Below are positions 23,911 through 38,973 of a DNA stretch of 64,000 bases, piece by piece. The DNA comes from Selaginella moellendorffii (lineage: Eukaryota; Plantae; Lycopodiophyta), in assembly GCF_000143415.4 (NCBI RefSeq), contig NW_003314320.1:1-64000 (forward strand), given 5' to 3'. Position numbers and translations under genes: made by a program. The stretch's first letter is position 1. Each line of letters opens with the position of its first letter. The notes under the pieces were generated by a model. That model was not told the origin of the DNA, did not search any database, and saw nothing but the letters and a program-made list of their open reading frames with translations.

Positions 23911-24983
23911 GCCCAGAAAAAAAAATTCACCGTAGGACTATAGTATAAGTGGATAATTAGATGCCTCATATAAAATAATTGATTTATATAGTAAAATGAG
24001 TATTACCACTCTTTAATGGCCAAGAACTTAACTTAAAGCTAGTGTCCTAAAGAAAAAACATTGCCATAGCAATGTTGAGCACAAGCACTTAACAACCTTA
24101 AGAAATGAAGATTAAATCAAGGCATAAGTATGGACATATCAATGTCAGAATTATGGGCCATAGCTAAACCTTAGAAACCCTAGTAGGAAATGTTGGCTTG
24201 TAAACTACTGCTCAAGGCTTTTTTCAGCCTTCTGTAAGTCAGATTTTTGAGGTCAGAAGATGCATAGTATTACTTCTGACCAAAACTACGCAGATTTTAA
24301 GTCAATAGTTTTACTTTTGATGACTGACCACTAAATTTGTCAAAATAATTACGTCTTTTTCTGAGACAACCTTATTGTTCAAAAATTTACTTGGCCGTTT
24401 TCTACGAGAGATATTTTATGTTATCTTTCTCATTGATTTCATCAACAATACCTCTGCTTGATCAAGTAAACCTGTTTCACCATACAACTTTCAAGTAATC
24501 TTTAATTTCACCTATTCATTAGAGCCATCATTCTATCACCATATAATGACTAGAGTATTCACTTTCTTGTTTTTCTTATTTATTTATTCTTTAGGGCTTA
24601 GGGTTTATCATTATATAGCATTAATATTATTCAAGTTTCTCATTATATATTTAATTATTTAGGGATGTCCTTTTATGGATGGTCTCAAGTAATCTAAATC
24701 TTACACCTTATATTAAGAACCCTAGAGTATGTTTAGAGTTATTTCATCAATCAATCATATTTGTCTATATATAATCTATTTTACAACATAACCATAGTTA
24801 TACCTTAAGTAAATCTTTCATGTTTTAAGGTTTAGTAGATGCTTGTGTTACTGCTCAACATTGTTATAGCAATGTTTTTCTATGACCATTACTACTTATT
24901 TTACTATATAAATAGATTATTTCTATAATGCAACTAACTATTTACATATACTGTAACGCTATAGTGAATTCTTTTTCTAGGCT
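23911..24983. mobile_element. Degenerate long-TIR (foldback/MULE-like) non-autonomous element
   Basis: 23911-24140 is an imperfect reverse complement of 24788-24983 (e.g. AAAAACATTGCCATAGCAATGTTGAGCA / TGCTCAACATTGTTATAGCAATGTTTTT). Confidence 0.6.
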
Positions 24984-25350
24984 ACTACCTTTAGCTAGAT
25001 CTTTGGCTACTGATATATTAGTTTAGAATCAATACATCCTTAAAGAACCCTAGAATTCAGGGTTTAAAGCTTATACCTTAAACCCAAGCCTAGGGTTTGC
25101 AAAACCCTAAAACCTAAAGCTGGTGTATAAGTCTCAGTTATGTTTTCAGTCATTTGTAGTACTTCTAACAAAAGAAATTTAACCGTGTGAGGAGTGATAT
25201 GATTTTCTCATGAAGTGTTTTCAACAACGTGATTGTTTGAAATAGTATTCGGTGGTTTTCTAGGCCTGAGAAATGGGAATTTTCATTACACGGTAACTTT
25301 GATCTCGCACTTGAAACGTTTGGCCAAATTCAGGAACCAAACGTTTTCTC

Positions 25351-26349
25351 TTGGACCATCTTGATTGCAGCATTTGCCAGGAATGGTCATTACTAGCATG
25401 TAGAATGCAAAATGAGGGAGTGAGGTTCAACGCAGTGACAATCTCGAGCGTGTTGACAGCTTGCAGGGACATCAAACAGGCTCGAGAGCTGGAAAGGCTG
25501 GCAACAGTGGCTGGTTTTGGGGGCGAGGAGAGAATCCTTCGGAGCCTCATCCACTCGTATGGAGAGTGTGGGAGCGTGGACGATGCTCGAGAGGTTTTTG
25601 ACGCCATGGAAGCTGCTGGAGACCTTGTCTCTTGCACGGCTTTGATGGGAGCGTATGCTCAAAACGGGAATGGCATGGAAGCTCTGAGACTGTTCGAGAA
25701 GATGAGCTTGGAAGGCGTCAAGCTCGACAAGATCAGCTTTGTGAGCATCATAAAAGAAAAATGGACATTCGACCAGATTCGGGAGCCAGACATTGTTGCA
25801 AAAACTACATTGATGCACGCATGCGCTTGTGCTAGAGACTTGCGGCGAGGTAAGCTCTGTCACGAGCTCTTGATGCAAACTGGTTTCGACACTGACTTGA
25901 CTTTGCAGAACACTCTCCTGAGCATGTATGGGAAGTGTGGAATGCTTGACGAGCTGCACGACATGTTCTGCATTATAGAAGCTCCAGACGCTGTCTCCTA
26001 CAACTCGATCATCTCGGCTCTTGGTCACAACTCCCAGCCAAGGCAAGCTCTCTTTTTCTTTCGGTGCATGCTGCTTGATGGCAATCTACCAAGTCTAATC
26101 ACATTCATCTCTGTCGCTCACGCTTGCGGGTGTATAGGCGACCCTAGGCCAGCTGTGGCTCTCTGTTCGCTGATTCAAGAGTGTAGCAGAGTCACGACTA
26201 GCGATTCAGTTTTGAGATCGGCTATAGTTGCGATGCATGGAAGATGTGGAGATGTGGAAGCAGCAAGGGAGGCTTATGAATCTTACGCAAAGGATGAGCT
26301 AAGCTGCACGTCAATGGTTGCTGCGTACGTTCAAAACCAGAAACTTTAG
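25351..26349 (+). pseudogene. Truncated PLS-class pentatricopeptide repeat (PPR) gene
   Basis: SLIHSYGECGSVDDAREVF, DLVSCTALMGAYAQNG, NTLLSMYGKCG, DAVSYNSIISALGHN, MHGRCGDVEAAR; ends mid-repeat with no E/DYW domain. Confidence 0.85.
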
Positions 26350-26506
26350 ACGTCTTTTGTTGATAGCCAAAACCCTTGCCAATAACCTTATTCTAGTGGT
26401 GAGAGTTCGGTTTAGGGTGAGGGTATTGTTGGAAGGCGAGGGCGGCGGCGTTGGGGAGCTAGAGATCGATCAATCCCAAGATCTAGCCTACATTCCAGGT
26501 GTCCAG

Positions 26507-28045
26507 ATGGGTAAGATTCTCTGTCACATAAATTTTGTTTCGGTGAAAACAGATGCATAGTGAGGTTTTTAGTCTTTGGTTTGTCTCTTGGCTTTTGTTC
26601 ATCAATGGGCTGCTTATCTATGGCATCTACTTGAGCCACCAATCAAGATCCTCAGTAGGAAGCTCAGGCACGGCATTTCCTCTTTCTTTCGTTTCTCACA
26701 AAAGGATTCTTTCTTTTCATTTCAGGCTGCTTATGGCTGCTTTTTTTCATAGATGCACACCTGTGAAGGGGTTTTTGGTTTTATTTTTTACTTTGGTTTA
26801 AAATCCGGCTGCTCATCTTTGGCAATTTTTTAGTGATGTGCAGAGCCGCCTCAGCCAAGGAAGACATCGACGCATTTAGCGATGCACATGAATGGGAGTG
26901 TCTCGAGGATGGAGATGACAAGCCATATGTATGCAAGCTCGAGAACGTCCTTGCTCACCCCCTGGATGGAGTTTGTGATCAGCAGTTTTTCAATAAGGCA
27001 GCTCTGAATCAGCATAGGATCAGAATTCACAACCGTGAAATCGTACGTTTTTTGTATGTTTTTCTTTTCTAATATTATTTTTTCCAGTTGACAATGCTAA
27101 AGTCAGGAAATGGAAATGGGAGGAAGACTAAGCAGGAGTCCTCCTCAAGGAAGTACCAGGTGCAGAATTTTTTTTCCTCAAATCTCATTCGAATTTTTAT
27201 GCAAATTTTTGTTATGCAGGATTTAGAAAATCAGGTGCATAATGAAGTGCTGCCACGCAGACTGGAGAACCAGAAGCTCAAGCTTCTGAACATGAAGTAT
27301 AGCCACATCAAGGACGAAGAGAGCCGGAAAATAAAAATCCTACAAGATATTAAAACGTGGAAAAAACACTACACAGAATTGATGTTGGCGAATGACAACA
27401 AGAAGCAGGATAGACGATACGTGCTGCTCAACATGAGCAGGAGCTGGTAATTTTATTTTTTTTTGAAACGGTTTTACTTTGTTTTTTCTGTAGAGAAAGA
27501 GGAAACGCAAACTAAGGAAGGAGCGAGAACAGAAGAAGAAAAAGACTAAGCCTTTAGCTCTCGTTATTGTGCAGCAAGAGCATGAAGAAAGAGAACTAGA
27601 AACTCTGGTGGAGGGAGAAAGCTAAGAACAGCAAGAACAAACTTGTGTGGATGAAAATGCAGACAAAGAAAAGGTAAAGTTTTATGTTTATTTAGTTACT
27701 CGTCTTCAAACAAGCTAAAGACTAACCACTATTTTTAGAGAGATGACGGAATAAGGAATGATGAGGAGGAGTGACAACGATGTGAGCAGCAAGTGGTAAT
27801 TTGCTTATTGCATAAACTAGTTTTTGTTCTTATCTCTCTGTATTGTGTAGCACGAGCATGAAGAAAGAGAAAGAGAAACTCTAGTGGAGGGAGAAAGCCA
27901 AGAACAGCAAGAAAGAACTTGCATGGATGGAAATGCGAACAAAGAAAAGGTAAAGTTTTATGTTTATTTAGTTACTCATCTTCATAGCTAAATACCAACC
28001 ACTATTTGCAGAGAGATGCCAAGGAAAACGATGGAATTAGGAAGG
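26507..28045 (+). pseudogene. Multi-exon C2H2 zinc-finger / acidic coiled-coil gene, probably defective
   Basis: KPYVC...CDQQFFNKAALNQHRIRIH finger; short GT-AG introns; E/K-rich exons; in-frame stop in a duplicated exon; 3' end abuts gypsy fragment A3. Confidence 0.5.
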
Positions 28046-28074
28046 AAACTTCGCCAAAAAAATTCTGTATGCTA

Positions 28075-29430
28075 ATCTCTTTGAATTTGACCTATTATTT
28101 GGGGCCAAGATTGCCACACATCATCTGATTCGAACTAAGGATGCTCATCCAATTAAGATTCTTATTCATTGTCGGTCACCCAAAGAGATTAAGATTTTAC
28201 GTGCAAACGTCAAGGAGATGTTGAAAAAAAGTGTTATTCGAAAGTTATGAAGTCCTTGGGTATGTGAACCTCATCTTGTGATGAAGCCTAATAAGAGTAT
28301 TTGTTTCTGCATCGATTATCGTCCGTTAAACGAAGTGACAATCCCGGATATATACCCTCTTCCTCACATTGCTGATCTCTTGGATCATCTGGAGAGAACT
28401 CATTGGTTTACCAAGTTAGATCTTGTTTTTGGGTACTGGCAAGTACTGATGGTTGAAGAAGATAATTGTAATATTGTTTTTCATACACCATTTGATTTGT
28501 ACAAGTTCTTGGTGATGCTATTTGATTTGAACAATGCTTTAGCAACTTTTTAGTAGATGATGGATGAAGTTCTATGTGATATGCCAAAGGTGACTGTTGA
28601 CTTCATTGATGATGTCTTGATTCACTTGGAGGGGACGTGGGAGGAGCATGTCTGTGATGTTTATAAAGTGTATGGATCAACTATGAGATGTTGGTTTAAA
28701 GCTGAAGCAGTCGAAGTGTGTGTTTGGGTCCAAGGATATGACTTATCTTGGGTACCATATTTCTCGTGAGGGTTTACAAGTTGATCCTGACAAACTTATG
28801 GTTGTTATAAAGTTCCTTACTTCAAAATGTATGAATGATGTGCAACACTTCCTGGGTAAGGTGCAGTATCTCGGTTATTTTGTGGATCATCTTTTTGATT
28901 GCATTACACCATTGCAAATGTTGCTGAAGTCATCAACGTCATCATTTATTTGGTCTCCGGATTGTGAGTAGGCGTTCATGAATCTTAAGGGGCTATTGAT
29001 GACTCTTCCGATTTTGGCATATCCTAACTATACTTGACCTTTTATTTTGCACGTGGATGCTTATGATATTGGTTTTGGAGGTTTGTTAATGCAAGAGAGC
29101 CTGAGTGTACCATTGTCAGCACCATTCTATTGTGTATATAAGTTATACATTATAACCAGCGAGTTAATGCAAGAGAGCCTGAGTGTACCAGTGTTAGCAA
29201 CATTCTATTGTGTATATAAGTTGTACATTATAACTAGCGAGGTGAACTACTCCACGATAGAAAAGGAGTGTTTAGTAGCAGTCTAAGGTTTCGAGAAACT
29301 GCATGCATATTTATATGGTTCTTAGATGTTACTTAAAGGTGATCATGTTGCTATTACTTCATTACTGAAGCGAAAGAACCTGGTTGGTCATACTACTTGA
29401 TGGGATTTCAAGCTTTAAATATATGATTTA
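28075..29430 (+). mobile_element. Family A pol fragment (RT-RNase H), LTR-less, more decayed (A3)
   Basis: IDYRPLN, YPLPHIADLL, VDFIDDVLIH, YSTIEKECL; internal ~78-bp tandem duplication at 29084-29241. Confidence 0.9.
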
Positions 29431-29530
29431 GAGCAAGCTCAAGAAGGCCAAGGTAAGCTGGTGTGGATTTTAAGAAATTTAAGATTTAGAATTTAAAGTT
29501 TTAAAAATCTATAAACCTTCGAACTCAAGA

Positions 29531-30648
29531 ATGGTGGCATTTGTCCAAGAATGAGCCAACCAAGCTGTCGAGATTCCAGCCCAAGAGCAACCATTTCTTG
29601 GAGGAATTCAGGGATTACTAGGAGGAGGGCTGCTATGAAGTGTTGCAGGGCACTAGCATGCCTTCCATCCAGTGAAGAATGGCTCTATGGCATGTGCCAT
29701 CAGAGCTTACAACACCCACCATACCCATTGCTGTCCAGTTTGGATCCTTTGTCAATGGCAACACCGAGGCATTGCAATTGATCTTTATTGATCACAAGGG
29801 CAAGAAGGAGCTGGTTGTGTCCTAGACAACCGCACTTCGACTATGGGCTCCTGGCAAGGGAGATGAGTGTAGATATATCAAGGATGAGAAGGTCTGTGAT
29901 TGGATCTTGCTAAGCTTCTTGACCACGACCAAGAATGATATGGTGGGGGGCAATGTGGTTTTTATGGCCACCTTCAAGAACTACTTTGAATACACATAAA
30001 TGGATTTTTCCTGGATGCTTTCAAGCTTGTGGCTACTTTTGCATCATAGTGTGTTTGATAATTGTTTTTCTACGTGATTTTGTGCTCAACGTTGTGTTCT
30101 AAGATCTTGTTCGTGATCTTTTTCCCAGCTTTCATCTAATGTGTAGGATCCCTTTCATTACTCTTTTGGGACAACCGAGGACTAGGAGGAAATCGATCGG
30201 AGAGTGGACAAGCTGGACAAGTATGGCAAAATTTGCAAAAAGTGGCATGTCATGCTCAAGAAGATCACCACCCAGTTCATGGAGAGCAGCAAAGGCAACA
30301 TGGACAAGGACTTTTGTTGCCACTAGATTAGAGGGGGGCCAAGCTCTCTGAGCTACACCACTGGCTGGATCTCAGCCTTTTGCATCTTCAACAAGGAGGG
30401 AAATTGGCATGGCAATATTGGGCAATTTGATTATAGGAACATGAGTGATGATATTGTGGGAGAGTATCTGTGTGTTTTGAGCAGGGCTACCTTGGATAAG
30501 TGAATGACAATGGAAGAACTTATGAGGCTTTCATATTTGTGGGACATATGGGATACGTGGTCACCTAGGATGACAAGAAAGTGATTGCTCCAAAGAGTGT
30601 CTGGGCCATGACTCTCAAGAACACACTCAAGAAGCCCAAGATCACTAG
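29531..30648 (+). pseudogene. DUF4419 pseudogene D2
   Basis: Colinear with D1/D4 over both exons; frameshifts and deletions; donor mutated to AC|ATAAAT. Confidence 0.9.
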
Positions 30649-31847
30649 CTAATTATAAGTTCTCTAAAGTGAGGAGAAGAGAATATATCAATTTCACAGC
30701 TAACTATGCAAGAAGTGAAAGATGAAATTGTTATTTTCTCTAACAAAAAGAAAAGAAGAAAAGTAGCTTCTGCATATAACTTCCCAAATAAGGAGATATA
30801 TTCCTTTTGGACCAATTTTTGAAGTAGTGGATAAAGCATTTTGGTAGTCTCAATCATTATGGCTGGAATTAAAGGAGTTCAAGGAGTTTCTATCTTCCTA
30901 TAATATGAATATATTCTTTGAATTTCCATGAACTAATTCATCAAGTAGGAAGGGTATGGAGATACATCTTGATCTACATAATTGTTGTAGGGTAAAGATG
31001 ATCCACTCTTCCCATTTCAATGAATCTGTATCCATATGGTAGACAACTTAAGTGTGTCACTAAGAAATATATTTCTAATCATAACAAGAACATATATTTC
31101 TTTGAAAGCTTAATGATTAATCCCCCAGGTGTCATGAGGTTGTTACAAGGTTTAGATGTCACAAATATGGGGCAACACCTGTGTGTTAAATATATTGTGA
31201 TATAAGGATGTATTACTTTCTTTCATGAGATGACTATTTAGGCAGAGTAATAGTGCATGTTGAACACCATCAACACGCAACAGAGGAAGGAATCCTCTAT
31301 GATTCTTTTCACAATTTGAAAGTTACCATTACTACAAGGTTTAGAAAGAAAAGTATTGCAACTCCAAAGTGTGTTCAATAGTCTATTCTAAAGGATTATG
31401 TGGTGGACACGTTACTACAATCTAATAGCAAAACAAATTTCACGGAGAACATCTTGAAGGACCTACTTTGAAATATAGAACTTGTGACAAATTTAAATAG
31501 GTATAAGATTAATACTTAACTCTATTTTATCACTAATAACACTATTTTTTTTTGCAGAACAAAGAATTGGATGCAAGAAGGGTAAGATGGAAACACTATT
31601 TGAGAGTAACCCTACCTTTAACGGACTAAACGGGAAAAGGAAGATGGTATGGATAGTAGAATATGAAGCGGCATTTATCCACCTAAAAAAGAAATTGAGG
31701 AAGACTTCTATATTGGCTTTACGAGACTTTGATAAGGACTTCGAGGTAGAAATAGATGTTTTAGACTTTGCGTTAAGCATAATTTTGGAACAAAACAACC
31801 ATCCAATGGTATTCTTTTCAAAAAAGTTAAACAAATTTTAGCGAAAG

Positions 31848-34800
31848 TGTAGCACACGTGGTTTTGACCATTTATCCTATAGTGATTTACCATAGGATAA
31901 CACCACGAAGCGGAACCTAAACCCTCTTTATGCCACATGACACATGCCACGTGTTATATGCCACATGTCCAAAGGACAGTGGTGTGGAACCCGAGGTTCA
32001 GGGCCTTGGGCCACTGAACGAAGGAACGGTGCCAAACTCCCAAGCATGAAGCCAAGGAGTGACGGAACCGAACCACAGAGCAACTCCCAAGCATACAGCC
32101 CAAGGAGCGAAGGGACAAGAGCCCGGAGCGACTTGGAATAGTCATGGAGCAACCAGCATCCCAATGCCAAGACCAGCATGCAAAACGGAGCCAAATAGAG
32201 TCTAGCGCTATTTTGGCATACTGGTAGCCTAACGTGAGGATATAGGTACTCCACCAGCTAGCATGGAATGGAACTTGGGCTTAGACCCAAACTGGACACA
32301 GAACAAGGACAGGCACACAAGCAGGAGCTAGACTATGCCTCAAGTTGGTCGGCTATGCCCGACCTACTCACTATTCCTATTATACATTTGAAACCTCCCT
32401 TAGTATCAAGAGTTAGTCTCTGGGACAAGCTCGAAACTTACTAAATATGGAATGTCCTTAGATTGTGAATTTGGACACGGGACGAACACCATTGTGTTCA
32501 GACTGATCTCTACATTCCGTAGATATGCCAAATGAGCAAATCTGGACACTTTCCATAAATAGCATTTGGGACCGAAATGAGACTAACACAAAGGGCATGA
32601 TAGCGAGGGTGTTTGGCAGACACGGTAAGCTATCATCTAGCGATATTGAGGGACCAATCTCAATACGCAAGGGTTCTTGTCACTAGCAAGTGCAAGACAA
32701 AACGAGACGGGAACTCCTTACTGGGCTAAGTATGCTTAGCTAATAACACGTAGGAATTCCATTCTTATGCTCATCCGATTTAAGTACACTCGAAATGCCT
32801 AGTTAACTCCACTAGCACAAGAGGGACTGATAAAGGGTCTAGCAATACCGACCTCCTGCCGTCGTGGCAGTAAGGAAAGAGTGTCCGTAAGGACTAGTCG
32901 ACAGGTAACTTTCGATACCCGAAGTCATATGCGCGACACTCTCCCCCCCTAGGGAAGATCGACGTCCTCGTCGATGCATACTCCAGTCTAGAATACCGCC
33001 AAGGAAACAACTCTAGAAAAAGTTCACGGAATTCACACTATGTGAGAAATGCACCAACTTAAATGAGTGAGGGGGCAACCTCTTTGTCTAACGCGGATGC
33101 GCTACTAGCTCAGACACCTTCCGACCGTCGCTGACAAGGAAATGACCAACAAAGTTAGCCACCCTTGCTGCTCTGGGAGTCACCCAGCTTACAAAAGTGT
33201 GATATGCCCCTGCCTGCAAGGATATAGAGAGAGAAGCCAAAGGCCCCAACCCTCCTGAGCAAAGAAACCAAACTTGTCTGTAAGGTTTAGATAGACTACT
33301 GTCAACAGGCAGTTAGAGGTATTTACACAGTCACGCCCTTTGAATGGAATAAGAAACATCGACAGAGAGGCAGGTGATGTGACCAGTCAACAGTAGCTAC
33401 CCCATGACGAGAGATTTCACCATGCACATGAAGTGCTGAAGCCAGTCTGCCTATACTGGCCCAAACTCAAAGATCAATATATGGACCATATCAAAGTTAT
33501 AGACAATGATATCTAAGAGACTTAATTATCAGTGAATAAAGCTTAGATTAGAACACAAAAGTATTCCAAGTAAGTTATTATCTGATAAAGCAGTATTATA
33601 GTTTAGGAACCACCAAGCTCACAATCATTGGAAAACATAGGATTCACTATCCAACAAAATTCAATAGCAAGTATATCATCAAGTACACTCAATGAGAAAA
33701 CTTAACTATCGAAGATTGTAGACAGTATGTGAAACAACTTACGAAAGATAACTTAAAGAACACTGAGTATCATTGACTGGTAGGTAAAATGCTTGCGAAT
33801 GTATCACCCGAAGGAAATAACATCTTAATCGATCAGAACTAACTCAAGCAACAATCAACAGAACAGAATGAATGTGGCAAGACCAACAAACACTCATTCA
33901 TGCCAATTATCACATAAGTTAATCTGAATAGATCCTGGTCAATAATACCAAGGAACCAAAGTTGCTTAAGTAAGTGTCAGCAACATCCTATCGATATCTC
34001 AAACCCAAGAGACCAATCCAGAGCAAACCACAAAGAACATGTGGTATTGCAAAAAGCCATAAGCCATCAAAAAGAACAACTAACCATCATGAAAGATCAT
34101 CAATCATCCCATCAATAATGCATAATCGTCATCGAAGAAAGAATCCACCATCCTAAAGAATGGCAAATCATTCTAGATCAATGATAATCAAGCAAAACCT
34201 TTATCAAGGATAATCAACTATTCTAGATGATAGTCAATCATCATCAATGATTGCTAGATGCAAAAGCCAACTTTAACATTGAAGCTAATAAGCCAAAATG
34301 CCTTCCCCAACAACTCCTAGCAAATGGAGCAATGAGCATAAAAACTCAAGGAACCAAAAGCTCGAAGAAGGCTATAGCTAAATTTTTGTTTATAATGATC
34401 ACAAGTCTTGTATGAACTAACTTCAATGCTAAAGAAGAAATCATAGTACAACCCACAATATCCTTCTCAACACATCTAGAAGTCAAACTTCATAATACAA
34501 AGCTAATAGAGAGCATATCTACATCGATCCAAAAACTAAGCACAATGAAGCTATACTCAACAAGTGATCATTGAATGATCCTCCATGAATCCATTTATAG
34601 CAAGACGTAACTCACTTCATAATAAGCCCAAAAAAAAAAAATCATTAATGATCGTTATATCCTGAACTCAAATCCAGCAAGGACTCAACATTCTAATATC
34701 GATCACTAACTCTTCCTCTCGCAGAGTTAGCATAGTCCATGACTAAATCACTTTTCAAAGAAAAGCTAAAGCTCAACCCTACTAAATAATTTCGTCTAGA

Positions 34801-37800
34801 ATACAACTAACTTAAATTTGCCACTTAGCTCGTTTGAACATCAATACAGTTGCTAACTAGCAATTGTACAAATATAAATAACACAAAGCCATAGCCAAAT
34901 CATCAACACTATCTTCATCAAGACTAAAGAAACTCAATATCAATCCTTGCAAGGATATCTCATTTCACTCAGATCTCAATATTAACAATGTCAATGACAA
35001 GGCATCACTTCAATGTTATCAACACCAAAACAAAACTAGAAGAAAGCACGAGTGAATCACTACTCAAAACTCTCTAGCAACCAAGCTAACCAAAGTCGAA
35101 GATACTTTAGTTAGTATCCAAGACCAATCCTCCAACAAAACTTAGTTACAGACAACACTTCATCAAGGAGTGATTCACCACGTCTAAGACTCAATGAAAT
35201 CCAATACTATAGACTAGATGTAACCAAATGATATCAACAGAGATAGAGTCGACATGTCAACATGAAAAGCTCATGTAAGTCTAATGACATGATCCTGCGC
35301 AACATCATCCGGTAAAGCAAGCCCATCACTGCTAAATCATCATCGAGCGAAGCAAGTATCAACAGTCTTTGGACAAAGTCTACAAGTAATCACTAGTCGC
35401 AAAGCAACTAACAATCACTCCTCAACTTGCCTTCACAAGACCCAAACACCAACTCTTGTCATTAAGTTATATACTTGTCCAACATGAACGTGATACCCCA
35501 GGTATGAGATAAAAGTTCATAGACAAGCACAAACTAAATGACCACTTGAATCCAACTCAACCGCGATAAGCTCACCAAAACATTTAACCACTAACTCTGA
35601 GCATGTTTTGAAGAGGCTAACTATGCATGATCAACACTCAGTCAAAATGAAAGTGAAGATCATGAGATGGACTCATGTTGGTACACAACCTCCACTTAGA
35701 TAAAGCTATAGTATGGGTACCAACATCTCAAACTCAAACAACTAAGTTGGACATCACTATCCTCAGCCAAAGCACAGGGCCACCAAGACCAAGTCAAGAT
35801 TAGTGAGAGCTCACTACTCTCATAGAGTCTAAGCGAAATGCAAGGTGCAACCTACCACCGAGCATAATGCTACAAAAGAAAGGCACAAGAGTCACCCTTC
35901 TTAGAAAAGTGTAAAGGCCACTTTTCTACACCAACTCTAGACTCTATTCAACTCAATTGCTTTAGCCCCAAAAGTCAGCATCCCTTTCGGGCTGCGTCAT
36001 ACAAACTATTTACTAAGGTCTAACCCAACCAAACGACAGATCAGCCATTGGAAAAGCCTAAGAAAATTTATGGAAAAATTTCCATCTTAGAGAAAGAATG
36101 ACTCTCAGTCCAAGATTGCAAACTTTCAAGACTCAACCAACTTCCTCCTACTAACAACTTCACATAGGTTCACCTCAACACGAATTCTCACGACCCATAA
36201 TATGCTTAAGCATCGAACATCTTTGCCCATTTTTCCAATATCCAACACTGACATCCGCAAAGTGCAAAATGAACATTTAAGGCTTGATCACGAAGATCAT
36301 ATCTTCGGATATTCACATTGCACTAACACTCTTCTTCAATCACCTTCAAGATCCAATGTGAAGCCAAAACACTAACAAGAAAAATGACATGGAAAATCAA
36401 GTTTCAAGATAAATTCCTTATCACTTGAAATAACAATGCCACGTCCACTAACACAAGTGTTAGTGATGTCAATGCCATAACTACATATCTTCTCCATCCG
36501 ATAATCTACTCCAAATGTTAACGGATAAACAAATAAGTCATAGCAAGTGAATGTTATAACCATTTTTCCAACACCTAATGGGCAAACTCAAGGAAATAAA
36601 GTACCAACTTAAGCCTAGCATAATGGACCACCATCAAAAATCCAGTTAAAGCTACTACAATGCTACTTCGTGCAAGTAGACTAGCTTCACTATCAACCAC
36701 TTTAGGGTTGATCATCATTTAACCAAGCAACTTCGTAAACACATTGCTCACTATCACATGGGTATGATATAAAATCACAATGATTTGATCATCAATTGAG
36801 CAACACCACAAACAATGCCTATATCATTACTACAAAATTTATATAAGTATCAAGTGCCAACTCGATTCGACAAAATGCAACACAATTGCCACACTTCACC
36901 GATAAAGATTTATAACACCGAACACCACTAACTTTTGTTCACAACACAGTCAAGCTCATGCCACTCTCTTTCCTACCAAACTCAAAACTAATCCAACACC
37001 AAGCTACTCAAAGAGCAATAGCAAGATTCCCCAGAAAAGAATTGAGCATTGCAACCCACATCTTCAATAGCAAGCCTAGACAAAATGGTATAGCACTTCA
37101 CTGCTATCCATCCCACAACTCACCATTGTAAGACTATCATCTCCAACATGCATCAAGATAGGGACTTTTGTTTGCATGATGTGAACACGAGCAATGAGTT
37201 AACACCTCGTTGCAAATTATCTCTCCAAGAAGAGAAAATGATTTACGTGTTTGATCCTTCGTCCTTGACGACTCTCTTTCCGGCCTTATCTTGACTAAAC
37301 CTCAAGCTTGCATTCGCATTGCCTTCAGTTCAATCCAAGAAAAGTTTATGAAAGAGCACGGCAATGATTACTTGAATCAATAGACCAATCCCCACAGTCT
37401 TGATTGATTCACCCATAATCATGCCTAGGAAGGATCCACTAGTGCTGTTCTAAACAACTACAGACCAGCCTATTTGCCACTCATAACAAACCTAGGGAGG
37501 TTTGCTTTCACCCATAGTACATGGAACAACTCATGGAACCAATGATAAGCTAACATTAATCCTGCCAACTCAAAGTGTAACCTCGAGTTTCTAATGTGCC
37601 ACACTCACGAGCCCAAGGGCAAACTCGTGTAAACAGAACAACTCAGTCTACCCTATGAGCCCAAGAGCAAGCTCACATAATATGGAACAACAAGGTAACC
37701 AAAACCTATAACAAGGAACCAATGCGAAGTCTTTACACCAAAACGCGTACCCATTTGGATCATTGTTTTCATCTTTACGTATGCAATGAGACTAGTTACC

Positions 37801-38973
37801 CAATCTCATTGGATAGCACTCGCTGAGACTCTATCTCTGATACCAAATGTAGCGCACGTGGTTTTGACCCTTTATCCTATGTGATTTACCATAGGATAAC
37901 ACCACGAAGCGGAACCTAAACCCTCTTTATGCCACGTGACACATGCCATGTGTCATATGCCACATGTCCAAAGGACAGTGGTGTGGAACCCGAGGTTCAA
38001 GGCCTTGGGCCACTGAACGAAGGAACGGTGCCAAACTCCCAAGCATGAAGCCAAGGAGTGACGGAACCGAACCATGGAGCAACTCCCGAGCATACAACCC
38101 AAGGAGCGAAGGGACAGGAGCCTAGAGCGACTTGGAATAGTCCTGGAGCAACCAACATCCCAATGCCAGGACCAGCACGCAAAACAGAGCTAAATAGAGT
38201 CTAGTGCTATTTTGGCATACCGGTGGCCTAACGTGAGGATATGGGTACTCCACCAGCTAGCATGGAATGGAACTTGAGCTTAGACCCAAGTCAGACTTAG
38301 AACAAGGACAGGCACGCAAGCGGGAGTTAGACTATGCCTCAGGTTGGTCGGCCATGCCTGACCTACCCACTATCCCTACTATACATTTCCCCCCTTGAGG
38401 AACACATGCTTTGGGCTTTCACCCCAAGCCTCCCTTAGTATCAAGAGTTAGTCTCTAGGACAAGCTCGAAACTTATTAAATATGGAATGTCCTTAGATTG
38501 TGAATTTGGACACGGGACGAACACCATTGTGTTCAGGCCGATCTCTACATTTTGTAAATATGCCAAATGAGCAAATCTGGACACTTTCCATAAATAGCAT
38601 TTGGGACCGAAATGAGACTAACACAAAGGGCATGATAGCAAGGGTGTTTGGTAGACACGGTAAGCTATCATTCAACAATATTGAGGGACCAATCTCAATA
38701 CGCGAGGGTTCTTGTCACTAGCAAGTGCAAGACAAAACGAGATGGGAACTCCTTATCGAGCTAAATATGCTTAGCTAATAACACGTAGGAATTCCGTCCT
38801 TATGCTCGTCCGGTCTAAGTACACTTGAAATGCCCAGTTAACTCCACTAGCACAAGAGGGACTGATAAAGGGTCCAGCAATACTAACCTCCTGCCGTCGT
38901 GGCAGTAAGGTAAGAGTGTCCGTAAGGACTAGTCAATGGGTAACTTTCGATACCCGAAGTCACATGCGCGACA
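31848..38973 (-). mobile_element. Non-autonomous LTR element, family B copy 2
   Basis: LTRs 31848-32938 and 37848-38973; PBS CTCTGATACCA at 37835-37845; PPT at 32939-32950; interior colinear with B1; TSD not intact. Confidence 0.93.

Noticed and set aside
25076-25120. Telomere-like AAACCCTAA motifs
   Set aside because: Few, degenerate and not tandem; not an interstitial telomere array.
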